This document shows positions 19,092-30,120 of a stretch of 64,000 nt of DNA, piece by piece. This DNA comes from Oscillospiraceae bacterium (GTDB lineage Bacteria > Bacillota > Clostridia > Oscillospirales > UBA929): contig JAVBTT010000006.1 in the NCBI GenBank assembly GCA_031556035.1, forward strand, positions 45,655-109,654, in the 5' to 3' direction. The first letter of the stretch is position 1; every line of letters starts with the position of its first letter. The notes under the pieces were generated by a model, which saw nothing but the letters and a program-made list of their open reading frames with translations, searched no databases and had not been told where the DNA came from. The position numbers and the translations under genes are program-made.

Positions 19092-20779
19092 AGTTCAAAG
19101 ACATGCCGTACAAACGCGCCGGGCTTGAGGAGTATCAGGGGCTTTTCAGGAATCTCACCGGTAGGATGACGTCCGCCGCCTCGCAGGAGGAGGCTTTCAA
19201 GGCAATGGAGGAGTTCGACGGGGCCTGCGAGCGTCTGAGCACGATGGATGCCCTGGCCTTTATCCGCAACTCCATAGACACCACCGACGAGTTTTATGAC
19301 AGGGAAAAGGCATATTACGACGAGGCCATGCCGACCCTTCAGGAGGATATCCAGAAGTTCTCGATAGCCCTGCTTGATTCCCCCTACCGCCCGCAGATGG
19401 AGGAGAAGTGGGGAAAGCTCATCTTCCTGCGCACCGAGATGGAGCTGAAGTGCTTCTCGCCCGAGATTATCCCCGATCTCCAGGAGGAGAACCGGCTGAC
19501 AACCGAGTACGACAAGCTGATTGCCTCCGCGCAGATAGAGTACGACGGCAAGACCCTGACCCTGTCCCAGCTTTCGCCGTACCACCAGAACCCGGACAGG
19601 GCTGTGAGGGAGAGCTCGTTCAGGGCGCGCTCCGAGTGGTTTGAGAGCCATAAGGACACCCTGGACAGACTGTTCGACGAACTTGTAAATGTGCGTACAA
19701 AAATGGCTAAAACGCTCGGATACAAAAACTTTGTCCAGCTCGGCTACTACCGCATGAGCCGCGACTGCTACACCAGGGACGACGTGGCGAGATTCCGCGC
19801 GTCGGTAAAGGAGAACATCGTGCCTGTGGCGGCGAGGTTGAAGAGGGCCCAGGCCGACAGGCTCGGGGTGCCCGCGCTGAAGATGTATGACGACCCTTGC
19901 GAATACAAGACCGGCAACGCCGACCCGGTCGGCACCCCGGATGACATATTCGCCCACGGCAAGAAGATGTACCACGAGATGTCGTCGGAGACCGCCGGGT
20001 TTATAGACGCGATGCTGGAGGATGAGCTGTTCGACGTGCTGTCCCGCAAGGGCAAGTCCGCCGGAGGATACTGCTGCACGCTGCCGGCCTTCAAATCCCA
20101 GTTTATCTTCGCCAACTTCAACGGCACCGCCGGAGATGTCGACGTGCTGACGCACGAGGCGGGGCACGCCTTCGCGGCCTATCTTGCCCGCGACGTGTTC
20201 CCCATGACTCTAAAGTCCCCGACCAACGAGGGCTGTGAAATCCACTCGATGTCGATGGAGTTTTTCGCCTGGCCCTGGATGGAGGGCTTCTTCGGTGAAA
20301 AGACGGACAAATACCGCTATACGCACCTGTCCGGGGCGCTGACGTTCATCCCCTACGGTACGATTGTCGACTACTTCCAGCATATAGTCTATGAAAACCC
20401 GGACATGACCCCGGCCCAGCGCTGCGAGAAGTGGAAGGAGCTGGAGGCCGAGTTCAGGCCGTGGCTCGACCTGAGCGACACCCCGTTCTTCGGCGAGGGC
20501 CGCCGCTGGCAGGCGCAGGGGCACATCTTCGAGCGCCCGTTCTACTATATAGACTACTGCCTGGCCCAGACGGTCGCGCTCCAGTTCTGGGCGCTGGCGC
20601 AGAAGGATCGCGAGGGAGCCTGGGAGCGCTATATGAAATACACGCTCCAGGCCGGAACAAAGCCTCTGCTCGGGCTCATAGAGGGTGCGGGCATGGACAG
20701 TCCGTTCGGCGCCGAGGCTCTCAGGACGGTGGCGGACGCGGCCTCAGCCTGGCTGGACGCGCAGCCGCCGGTGGAATAG
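19088..20779 (+). CDS. M3-family oligoendopeptidase (PepF-like)
   Basis: HEAGHAF zinc motif. ATG at 19088 overlaps the ddl stop (ATGA), with a GGAAAGGAAG SD upstream. Confidence 0.85.
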   Translation: MKFKDMPYKRAGLEEYQGLFRNLTGRMTSAASQEEAFKAMEEFDGACERLSTMDALAFIRNSIDTTDEFYDREKAYYDEAMPTLQEDIQKFSIALLDSPYRPQMEEKWGKLIFLRTEMELKCFSPEIIPDLQEENRLTTEYDKLIASAQIEYDGKTLTLSQLSPYHQNPDRAVRESSFRARSEWFESHKDTLDRLFDELVNVRTKMAKTLGYKNFVQLGYYRMSRDCYTRDDVARFRASVKENIVPVAARLKRAQADRLGVPALKMYDDPCEYKTGNADPVGTPDDIFAHGKKMYHEMSSETAGFIDAMLEDELFDVLSRKGKSAGGYCCTLPAFKSQFIFANFNGTAGDVDVLTHEAGHAFAAYLARDVFPMTLKSPTNEGCEIHSMSMEFFAWPWMEGFFGEKTDKYRYTHLSGALTFIPYGTIVDYFQHIVYENPDMTPAQRCEKWKELEAEFRPWLDLSDTPFFGEGRRWQAQGHIFERPFYYIDYCLAQTVALQFWALAQKDREGAWERYMKYTLQAGTKPLLGLIEGAGMDSPFGAEALRTVADAASAWLDAQPPVE

Positions 20780-20871
20780 GGTTCCGCCCTCTCCGGGTGA
20801 GCGTCACCTGGAGAGGGCGGCCTTTGCATAACACAGCGTGAGATAAGTATGACTTTTGAGAAGGAGAACGC

Positions 20872-22407
20872 ATGGAGCATCCTATTGCGGAGGCCGCGCT
20901 GAAGTCTGGATTTATTGTGGCCAGGCCCTCCACCGCGCACCCGTACGCGCTCTGGCGCGAAAAGCTGGACGCTCTCCCCCTGGGGCAGCACATGACGCTG
21001 GAGCACAGGCCGGAGGCGGTCTGCGGCTGGCCCTCGCGCGAGACCACGATCTGGGCCGCCCTGTACCCCGCGCCGCCGTTTGAGGGCTGGCCCGAGGGCT
21101 GCGGGGAGGTTTCGGGATATTATATGCGCTCAAACGAGGCGCGGGAAAAAACCGGGGAGTGGGAAAACGCGGTCAGGGGCATGGGATACGAGACGCTTGC
21201 CCGTACCCCGCTTCCGGCGCGGGCTGCCGCGATCAGGGCCGGGCTGGGAGTCCACGGGCTGAACGGCCTGCTCATCACCCCGCACGGGAGCTTTGTGTAC
21301 ATCGCGCTCCTGTTGGTACGGGCCGCTCCGCCCAGGGGGGCACCGGGGCCGGAGGCCGATCTGTCTCCCGGCTGCGAGAGGTGCGGCCTGTGCCGCGCGG
21401 CCTGCCCGGCCGGCGCGATTTCAGAGAACGGAGTCGACGCGCTGAAGTGCCTGCGCAACGATATGAGCCACCCAGAGCTCATGCCGGAATCCCATTACCA
21501 TCTGATGGGGAAGCGTATTCTGGGCTGCGACGAGTGCCAGCTCGCCTGCCCGCGCAACAGGGACGTCAGGCGGATTTCGCCTGAATCTCGCCAGACAGGG
21601 CCCTTCTGTCTGAAAAGCCTGCTGGAAGCCCCGGATATGGGCGCGATAGCTGAGCTGATAGGCGGTAACTACGCGAGAAAGGGGCGTCTCCAGACCCAGG
21701 CGGCGCTGGCCGCCGCCAATACCGGGCGAACCGAGCTTATCCCGGCGCTTGAAAAGCATCTGGACTCCAATTTCGAGCCGCTGAAAAAGGCGGCTGACTG
21801 GGCTATAAAAACTCTCGGGCATAATATCATAAAGGGGAGAGCATCAATGATGAACGAAACCATCGGAGCGATAATGAGCAGGCGCTCCTGCCGTGCCTTC
21901 AAGCCGGATCCGGTAAACCCAGACGAGCTTAAAGCGGTGATCGACTGCGGGCTGTGGGCCCCGAGCGCGATGAACCGGCAGGACTGGTTTTTCCTGGTTG
22001 TCAGGGAGAGCGGACTTATTGAAAGGGTCAGCCGCGAAATAATAAAGAGGCTTCCCGCTCCGGCGTTCGAGAGATACAAGGGCCGCCACGGTGGAAACGA
22101 GAATTTCAGCATGTTTTACGGCGCGCCGGCTGTAATCTTTGTGTTCGGGGACGCCGCCTCCGGCTCGGGCCCGGTCGACGGAGCTCTGGCCACCGAAAAC
22201 ATCTGCCTCGCGGCCGAGTCCCTCGGGCTGGGCTCCTGCATAATCGGCCTCGCGGCGCTGCTGCTTGAAGCCCCGGAAGCGGACGTGCTTTCCGAGCTGC
22301 GCGCCCCCGAGGGCTACGTGCTGCTTCACGCGATAGCGCTCGGTTACAGGGCGGCGGAATTTCCCGCGCCGGAGCGGCTGCCGGGAAGGGTTGAGTACAT
22401 AGATTAA
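20872..22407 (+). CDS. epoxyqueuosine-reductase-like (QueG-like, two 4Fe-4S motifs plus HEAT-like end) N-terminal region, in-frame with a C-terminal nitroreductase-family domain
   Basis: QueG-like motifs AAIRAGLGVHGLNGLLITP, CERCGLCRAACPAG and CDECQLACPRN. From residue ~326 the nitroreductase motif MNETIGAIMSRRSCRAFKPD starts. No stop codon separates the two halves, yet a strong AAAGGGGAGA SD lies 7 nt before the internal ATG at 21847. Confidence 0.7.
   Translation: MEHPIAEAALKSGFIVARPSTAHPYALWREKLDALPLGQHMTLEHRPEAVCGWPSRETTIWAALYPAPPFEGWPEGCGEVSGYYMRSNEAREKTGEWENAVRGMGYETLARTPLPARAAAIRAGLGVHGLNGLLITPHGSFVYIALLLVRAAPPRGAPGPEADLSPGCERCGLCRAACPAGAISENGVDALKCLRNDMSHPELMPESHYHLMGKRILGCDECQLACPRNRDVRRISPESRQTGPFCLKSLLEAPDMGAIAELIGGNYARKGRLQTQAALAAANTGRTELIPALEKHLDSNFEPLKKAADWAIKTLGHNIIKGRASMMNETIGAIMSRRSCRAFKPDPVNPDELKAVIDCGLWAPSAMNRQDWFFLVVRESGLIERVSREIIKRLPAPAFERYKGRHGGNENFSMFYGAPAVIFVFGDAASGSGPVDGALATENICLAAESLGLGSCIIGLAALLLEAPEADVLSELRAPEGYVLLHAIALGYRAAEFPAPERLPGRVEYID
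21847..22407 (+). CDS. alternative model: stand-alone nitroreductase-family protein starting at the internal ATG
   Basis: The internal ATG with a strong SD begins exactly at the nitroreductase domain boundary. It is in-frame with 20872..22407, so either a natural fusion or dual initiation is possible. Confidence 0.35.
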   Translation: MMNETIGAIMSRRSCRAFKPDPVNPDELKAVIDCGLWAPSAMNRQDWFFLVVRESGLIERVSREIIKRLPAPAFERYKGRHGGNENFSMFYGAPAVIFVFGDAASGSGPVDGALATENICLAAESLGLGSCIIGLAALLLEAPEADVLSELRAPEGYVLLHAIALGYRAAEFPAPERLPGRVEYID

Positions 22408-23228
22408 GGTTTTCCCGAGCAGCCAGCGCACAGCGGCTCCGCCGCCCGCCCGGACGCAAAGCCGGCGCGTATGGTCGAGGCTCGGGGGGAGGCCAGTATC
22501 TCGTCAATTGAGCTTTCAAACAAATTCCCCAGCGCCAGCTCGCCCCTCGCGTCGAGGCAGCAGGGAACCACCGTGCCGTCGGCAAGCACGGCGAGCTGAT
22601 TTGTCAGACCGGGGCAGCTTTTCCGGGGTGAGCCCGCCCTCCCTGCCGAGGGCCATTGGAACGGCTGCGCCAGGTCGAGGAACAGCCCGGGCGCGAGCCT
22701 GTACGCCTCGTGCCCGCTGCGCGCAACCGCCTCCATGTCCGGAAAGCGCCGCCTCAGCTCCTCCATGGCGGCGACGGCAAGCCCCTCCGAGCCGCGCCAC
22801 AGCCGCAGGGTGACGTACGGGCGGCCTGATAGCCGCGCCCTGGCGAAGCTCAGTGCGTCCTCCAGCAGGCACAGCGCCGCGTCCGCGCTTTCATCCCCGG
22901 CGCTGTGCAGCGATACGCTCACCAGCCGCAGCGCGGGCGAGTACAGCAGCAGCCCGGAGCGACTGCCCAGAAGCCTGCCGTTTGTAGTCAGATTTACAGG
23001 GCGGCCCTTCGCCCGGCATATGTCCAGTATCTCGCCCAGCTCGGGGTGCAGCAGCGGCTCTCCCAGCACATGCGGGTATATGTGCCCCCCCAGCGGGGCC
23101 AGCCTGTCCAGCGCGAGCGCGAATTTCTCCGCCGCCATGAACTCGGGCGACCTTCCTGACTCCGCGCAAAACGGGCAGCGCAGGTTGCACACGTTTGTTA
23201 TCTCAATATAGAGCTTTTTAAAGGCCAT
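22404..23228 (-). CDS. radical SAM protein with a C-terminal SPASM/twitch-type Cys cluster (~275 aa)
   Basis: Start trimmed to the ATG at 23228 (MAFKKLYIEITNVCNLRCPFC…), giving the CxxxCxxC motif. C-terminal Cys motifs VPCCLD…CAGCSGKP. A hairpin (AAAGCGCCGCC-TTAC-GGCGGCGCTTT) lies just upstream. Confidence 0.8.
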   Translation of the reverse strand: MAFKKLYIEITNVCNLRCPFCAESGRSPEFMAAEKFALALDRLAPLGGHIYPHVLGEPLLHPELGEILDICRAKGRPVNLTTNGRLLGSRSGLLLYSPALRLVSVSLHSAGDESADAALCLLEDALSFARARLSGRPYVTLRLWRGSEGLAVAAMEELRRRFPDMEAVARSGHEAYRLAPGLFLDLAQPFQWPSAGRAGSPRKSCPGLTNQLAVLADGTVVPCCLDARGELALGNLFESSIDEILASPRASTIRAGFASGRAAEPLCAGCSGKP

Positions 23229-23284
23229 GCCGCCACCCCGCAATATCAAAGCGCCGCCGTAAGGCGGCGCTTTAGGCTGCTGAC

Positions 23285-23440
23285 AAATATATGCCTCCCT
23301 CCCTGAGGGAGGTGCCGTCAACGGTGGCGGCAGACGTCTGCCGCCACACGTACAGACGGCGGAGGGAGTATTCACCTCTCCCCCAGTCACCTTCGGTGAC
23401 AGCCCCCTCAAAGAGGGGGCCAAAAAGAGCTAACCCTTAG
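23285..23440. repeat. D-family palindrome cluster (CTCCCTCCCTGAGGGAGG; GGCGGCAGACGTCTGCCGCC; GTCACCTTCGGTGAC; CCCCCTCAAAGAGGGGG)
   Basis: Perfect short palindromes read directly from the sequence. GGCGGCAGACGTCTGCCGCC also occurs at 31626-31645. Confidence 0.6.
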
Positions 23441-23478
23441 GTTATGTCATCGGTTTGAAAGCGGCGCTTTTTCACGCG

Positions 23479-25245
23479 CTAATGCCTGTATCCTTTGGGC
23501 GGCAGGGCGGAGCGCGGCCTTCCCGGGCCAAGCGCCTGCCCTCCCGCGTCCACCTTGAACCTTTCCACCAGCCCGCGCAGCATCTCGCTCTGATCGCTCA
23601 TCTCCTCGGCGGACGCGGCCGATTCCTCGGCGGTGGCGCTGTTCTGGTGCACCACCTGCGCGACCTGACCTATGCCCCTGTTTATCTCGCCGATCGCCCT
23701 GTCCTGCTCCTCGGAGGAGCGAGCTATCTCGCCCATTATGGAGGACGACTCGCCTATGCCGTGGGTTATGTCGGCCAGAGACCTGGCGGTCTCGCCGGCG
23801 ATTCTGGCGCCAAGCGAGGCCTTCTCCATCGTGTCCGCGATGAGGGCGGCGGTCTCCTTTGCCGCCTCCGCGCTCTTGGAGGCGAGGCTGCGGACCTCGT
23901 CCGCCACAACCGCGAAGCCCTTGCCGTGCTGCCCGGCCCGCGCTGCCTCGACAGCCGCGTTGAGCGCGAGTATATTTGTCTGGAACGCGATATTGTCGAT
24001 GACGCTTATCACCTTCCCTATCGCCTGGCTCGCCTCGTTAATATCATAGACAGCCTTTGTCATGCCGTCCATCCTGGAGCTTCCCTCGTGCGCGCTGCGC
24101 TTGATGCTCTCCGCAAGCCCGGCCGCCTTTTCAACCATCTCAGCGTTTTCTCGGGTTTTTGCCGCCACCGCCGTTATAGATGAGCTGAGCTGCTCCACCG
24201 CCGCGGCCTGCTCGGTGCTGCCCTGCGCTAGCGCCTGCGATCCTGCGGCTATCTGCCCGGCTCCGCTTGAAACCCTCGCCGAGCTGTCCTGTATCTCCCC
24301 TATCAGCTCGTTCAGGCCGGAAATCGTGCGCCTTATCGCCCTGCCCATCGAGTCCCTCTCGCCGCGTATCTCAATGTCGGCGGTCAAATCCCCGTCCGCC
24401 AGCGCCTCAAGCGCCCTGACCTGTGCGCGGGTTCCCTCGGTCACGCGCTTAAACGCGTCCGCCAGCTCGCCTATCTCGTCGTTTCTGCCCATGACGACGG
24501 ACACGTCCGTATCCCCCTCGGCGATCCTGCCCGCGGCCTCCGCTATCGCCCTGACCGGCTTGCCCACCGACACGCTCACGTAGCGCAGCGCGATTATGCC
24601 GAAGAGCACTGAAAAGCCCAGCACAAACGCCAGGATAATCAGCGCGAATCCCAGGGTATCCCTGTTGACCTGGTCAACGCTTATATCCACCCCGACCACG
24701 GCGTAAGGCTTGCCGGCCGAGTCCAGCACAGGGGCAAAGCCCGACACCATGTCGCCGTAATTCTCAGTCCCGTAAAGCTCTGTTGCGATGTTCGCCCCGG
24801 TCGTCAGGGTGTCTATGAGGCGCTCATCGTATTCGGTCATGGCCTCGGTCACCCCGAGGTCGAAATCCGTCTCGTCTGTGGGGGTGACGCCCTCCAGGAG
24901 ATAGGTCACGTTGTCCAAGTCAGCCTTTTGCAGCACGTACAGGAAATACACCCCGGTCCGGACTTTTGTCTTGCTCGCGAAATCCCTCATCTGATACCAG
25001 TGCTCGTTTTTAACCCCGGTATCGATAACGGCCTTTGTCTCATTTTCCCTGAAGGCCGCGGCCACGGACTGCGCGACGCTCAGCGCCCTCTCCGCGTGGG
25101 CCCTCGCGATGTCGGTCCTGTAGATTAGGATGCTGACGACTCCCACAACCGCCATGCAGACAAAAAGCATTGCAAACGCGAAAATGGAAATCCTTCCGGA
25201 AAGGGACGCTCTCTTTTTTTCCCTGGCTGACGATCCGAGATACAT
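23479..25245 (-). CDS. methyl-accepting chemotaxis protein (periplasmic Cache-like sensor, HAMP, MCP signalling domain)
   Basis: TM, sensor, TM, HAMP and methyl-accepting domain order (…[29 protein letters not shown]…). Start chosen at the ATG at 25245, which has a GTGAGGGA SD. The track start at 25260 is GTG. Confidence 0.8.
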   Translation of the reverse strand: MYLGSSAREKKRASLSGRISIFAFAMLFVCMAVVGVVSILIYRTDIARAHAERALSVAQSVAAAFRENETKAVIDTGVKNEHWYQMRDFASKTKVRTGVYFLYVLQKADLDNVTYLLEGVTPTDETDFDLGVTEAMTEYDERLIDTLTTGANIATELYGTENYGDMVSGFAPVLDSAGKPYAVVGVDISVDQVNRDTLGFALIILAFVLGFSVLFGIIALRYVSVSVGKPVRAIAEAAGRIAEGDTDVSVVMGRNDEIGELADAFKRVTEGTRAQVRALEALADGDLTADIEIRGERDSMGRAIRRTISGLNELIGEIQDSSARVSSGAGQIAAGSQALAQGSTEQAAAVEQLSSSITAVAAKTRENAEMVEKAAGLAESIKRSAHEGSSRMDGMTKAVYDINEASQAIGKVISVIDNIAFQTNILALNAAVEAARAGQHGKGFAVVADEVRSLASKSAEAAKETAALIADTMEKASLGARIAGETARSLADITHGIGESSSIMGEIARSSEEQDRAIGEINRGIGQVAQVVHQNSATAEESAASAEEMSDQSEMLRGLVERFKVDAGGQALGPGRPRSALPPKGYRH

Positions 25246-25307
25246 ACAAAAATCCCTCACATCGACATTATTGCGGCGCGGCGTATCGCGCCGGGGCTCC
25301 GCTCTTC

Positions 25308-27224
<1,917 letters not shown>

Positions 27225-27299
27225 TTAATCACCCTTCCGGCAAATATAGAGGCGGGGTTCCATCCCCGCCCGAAGCGTTTTTTGGAATGAAACAAAATA

Positions 27300-27554
27300 T
27301 TAAAATCCGCCCCTCGCCCTTTTCTCAATAGTCCCGGCGGCTATCTGTGTGAGAATTACCTCCGTCTTTCCCAGCCCGTCGTACAGCACGACCGATCTTG
27401 GCAGGTCGGTTCCCACCATCGAAACCCTCCCGGCCCTTTCGGCTGCGCTGAGAAACGCTCGGGTGCGTTTGCTTTGGCTAATGTTGTCAAGGTCAAAGAC
27501 GCCGATTATCCCGCCAGAGCGCAAAACCCTTTCCTGACCGATGAAGATATACAT
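27300..27554 (-). CDS. DUF370/RemB-like (YaaB-like) small protein
   Basis: MYIFIGQERVLRSGGIIGVFDLDN…, conserved in position between recF and gyrB as in Bacillus. Start trimmed to the ATG at 27554. Confidence 0.7.
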   Translation of the reverse strand: MYIFIGQERVLRSGGIIGVFDLDNISQSKRTRAFLSAAERAGRVSMVGTDLPRSVVLYDGLGKTEVILTQIAAGTIEKRARGGF

Positions 27555-27671
27555 ACAGGCTGGCTCCTTTCGGTGGAAATCACTCTGTAGGGGCGGAGCT
27601 CCTCTCCGCCCTTCGGGTTTAGCAAACATAAATCATGCCCATTCATCGACAGACCGGCCTGTGTCCTGTCC

Positions 27672-28733
27672 CTACATCCCCAACACTATATTCTTCCCGT
27701 TAGTGTCCCTTGTCAACCCACCGGGCTCGCAGCAGGTGACGAACGCCTGCCCGCCTCCGAGTCCGTGCAGGATATAATCCCGCCTTCCGCCGTCCAGCTC
27801 GCTGAGCACGTCGTCCAGCAGCAGCAGGGGCGGCTCCCCGAATTCCCGGGAGAGTATATCGCGCTCGGCCAGCTTCACGGCCACAACAGCCGTCCTTGTC
27901 TGGCCCTGGCTCGCATACTCGCGGGCGTCCCTTCCGTCCAGTCTGACGGCTATGTCGTCCTTGTGGGCGCCGACCAGGCACATCCCGCGGGCAAGCTCCG
28001 CCTCCCGGCGGGCCTGCATATGGTTAAATGTATCCCCCGCATCCGCCGCGTGCGTCCTGTATTCAAGAGCGAGCTCCTCCTTTTCCCCGGAAATAAGCCG
28101 GTGGTGCTGCGCCGCCAGCTCCGACAGGCTCCGGCAGAACTCCCCGCGAAAGGCGCTCAGCTCAGCTCCGGTCTGCGCCAGCCTCAGATTGAAATCCGGC
28201 AAAGCGCCTAGAAAGTCCGGCTTTTTTTCGCTCTGCCTGAGAAGCTTTGTCTTGCCCTCCGCCAGCTTCCTGTATACCGACAGCAGGGACAGGTATCTCG
28301 GCCTGAGCTGGCAGAGCGCCATATCCATCAGCCTGCGCCTCGCCTGCGCCCCGCCCCTTATCAGGTGCAGGTCCTCCGGCTCAAAGTACACCGACGGCAG
28401 CCTCCCGAGCAGCTCTCTTGGGGATTTGACCGGAGCGCCGTCCAAAAACAGCTTACGGCGGGAATCCCGGCATATGACGGCGTTAATTGAGCATTCGCGC
28501 CCGCCGCTCTCGAACTCGGCTTCTATTTCGGCGGCGTCCGCCCCGAAACGTATCAGCTCGCGCTCCTTCCCGGTTCTGGGCGAGCGCGCGGCGGACAGGT
28601 AGGCTATAGACTCCAGCAGGCAGGTCTTGCCCACCCCATTCGGCCCTGTTATCACGTTTACTCCGGAGGAAAACCCAAAAATATCTCTTTCGTAGCGCCT
28701 GAAATTCCCGAGCTCTATCCTGAGGAGCCTCAT
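27672..28733 (-). CDS. recF: DNA replication and repair protein RecF
   Basis: MRLLRIELGNFRRYE…VITGPNGVGKTCLLESI Walker A. ATGA overlap with the dnaN stop. Confidence 0.9.
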   Translation of the reverse strand: MRLLRIELGNFRRYERDIFGFSSGVNVITGPNGVGKTCLLESIAYLSAARSPRTGKERELIRFGADAAEIEAEFESGGRECSINAVICRDSRRKLFLDGAPVKSPRELLGRLPSVYFEPEDLHLIRGGAQARRRLMDMALCQLRPRYLSLLSVYRKLAEGKTKLLRQSEKKPDFLGALPDFNLRLAQTGAELSAFRGEFCRSLSELAAQHHRLISGEKEELALEYRTHAADAGDTFNHMQARREAELARGMCLVGAHKDDIAVRLDGRDAREYASQGQTRTAVVAVKLAERDILSREFGEPPLLLLDDVLSELDGGRRDYILHGLGGGQAFVTCCEPGGLTRDTNGKNIVLGM

Positions 28734-29836
28734 GCGTCGGGCTTCAGCCTGACCGGAAGCACCATGTACAGCATGTCCTCCCCCTCCGGGGGAAGGAACA
28801 GGCAGGGCAACAGCGGTCCGCCGCACTCTATCCGCACGTCGTCCCCCTCAAGGTGGCGCAGCGCGTCTGACACGTAGCGGTTGTTGAAGCCTATCTCCAT
28901 CTCCATGTTTGAGTCGCACTCCATGGCGTCGGTAGCGCTTCCAATCGCGGTCACGGTTGAAAGCACCAGCTTTTTATCTGAAAATTTGAGTTTTATCGGG
29001 TTTTTAAGCTTGTCGCTTATCAGAAGGGACACGCGATCCACGCACTTAACAAATTCTCTCAGTCCAGCCGTTCCCCTGAATATCCTGTCCTGAGGGATCG
29101 CGTTTTTGTATTTGAGGAACTCCCCCTCCAGCAGCCTTGTAACCACCGTTATCTGCCCAAGATCAAATATTATGTGCCTCTGACCTATATGCAGCCTGAC
29201 CTCGGCTTCCTCGTCCGCGGAGAGCATTTTCTCCACCTCACGCAGAGGAGCGCCCGGCACTACGAACGAGAATTCTCCCTCCATTTCCGCCGCCTCACGG
29301 CGCAATGCCAGCCTGTGCCCGTCCAAGGCGACAATGGTGAGCGTCCCGGGCTCGCAGTCAAAGAGCGCCCCTGTATGGATTTGCTTTGCCTCACTTTCGG
29401 ATGCCGCGAACAGAGTTCCGCCCAGCTGCCTGCCCAGCGCGGACTGGCTGAGGGTGAGCTCCCGCATCCCGGTCACTTCCGGGATTGCCGGGAAATTGTC
29501 GCATGGCAGAGCGGTGAGGGCGAAATCTGAAAGACCGCAGGTAATGGACACGATGAACCTTTCGTTCACCTCTATGTTTACAGTGTCGTCCGCCAGCTTG
29601 CGGACAATATCCAGGAACATTTTGCACTCCAGCACAAAGCGTCCCGTCCGCTCAACCTTCGCGTCGATACGGGCGATAATGGCCATCTCCATATTGTTGC
29701 CGGTCAGGGTCAGGGTATCTTCCCCTGCCTCCAGCATCACTCCCTTGAGGAGTTCTACAGTGGCGTGAGTGGGCACGGCGCGCGCACAGTTTGTCAGGGC
29801 GTCCTGAAGGGTGTTTTTTTCACAGCTGAATTTCAT
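28730..29836 (-). CDS. dnaN: DNA polymerase III beta sliding clamp
   Basis: 368 aa with the typical three-domain DnaN sequence (MKFSCEKNTLQDAL…). Confidence 0.95.
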   Translation of the reverse strand: MKFSCEKNTLQDALTNCARAVPTHATVELLKGVMLEAGEDTLTLTGNNMEMAIIARIDAKVERTGRFVLECKMFLDIVRKLADDTVNIEVNERFIVSITCGLSDFALTALPCDNFPAIPEVTGMRELTLSQSALGRQLGGTLFAASESEAKQIHTGALFDCEPGTLTIVALDGHRLALRREAAEMEGEFSFVVPGAPLREVEKMLSADEEAEVRLHIGQRHIIFDLGQITVVTRLLEGEFLKYKNAIPQDRIFRGTAGLREFVKCVDRVSLLISDKLKNPIKLKFSDKKLVLSTVTAIGSATDAMECDSNMEMEIGFNNRYVSDALRHLEGDDVRIECGGPLLPCLFLPPEGEDMLYMVLPVRLKPDA

Positions 29837-30120
29837 TCCCGCAACCCCCGTGAAAATAAATCGTTCTATATTAAAGAGAGATAGAATATAATAATATTTT
29901 ATTAGTTACTATAGTATATCCTGTGGATATGTTAATAAGTAAATAAAACGCTAGAGCGGCATGTATTTGCGAATTCACAAAAAATGTGGATGAACATGAA
30001 TGTTGTCCACAGCTGTCCACATGACCGGGAGGGTAAGGGTACAAATGTGGAGTATTTTGTCCACATTTGTATAAGTTTGTGGATAAGTAGGGCGCTGCAT
30101 CCCTGTCACTCCGTTTGTAT
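29837..30120. promoter_or_regulatory. oriC: DnaA-box cluster plus AT-rich unwinding element in the dnaA-dnaN intergenic region
   Basis: Matches to TTATCCACA: revcomp TGTGGATAA at 30078-30086 (perfect); TTGTCCACA at 30003-30011 and 30057-30065; CTGTCCACA at 30013-30021; revcomp TGTGGATGA at 29985-29993; revcomp TGTGGATAT at 29922-29930. An AT-rich block lies at 29860-29920. Confidence 0.75.

Noticed and set aside
23281-23455. 57 aa plus-strand ORF (MPPSLREVPSTVAADVCRHTYRRRREY…) upstream of the radical-SAM gene, as a candidate RiPP precursor
   Set aside because: It is encoded entirely by the D-family palindromes, has no SD, and sits on the wrong strand relative to the rSAM gene.
25246-25260. 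MCP start at 25260 as given in the ORF track
   Set aside because: The codon at 25260 is GTG without an SD. The ATG at 25245 has a GTGAGGGA SD, so the shorter model was preferred.
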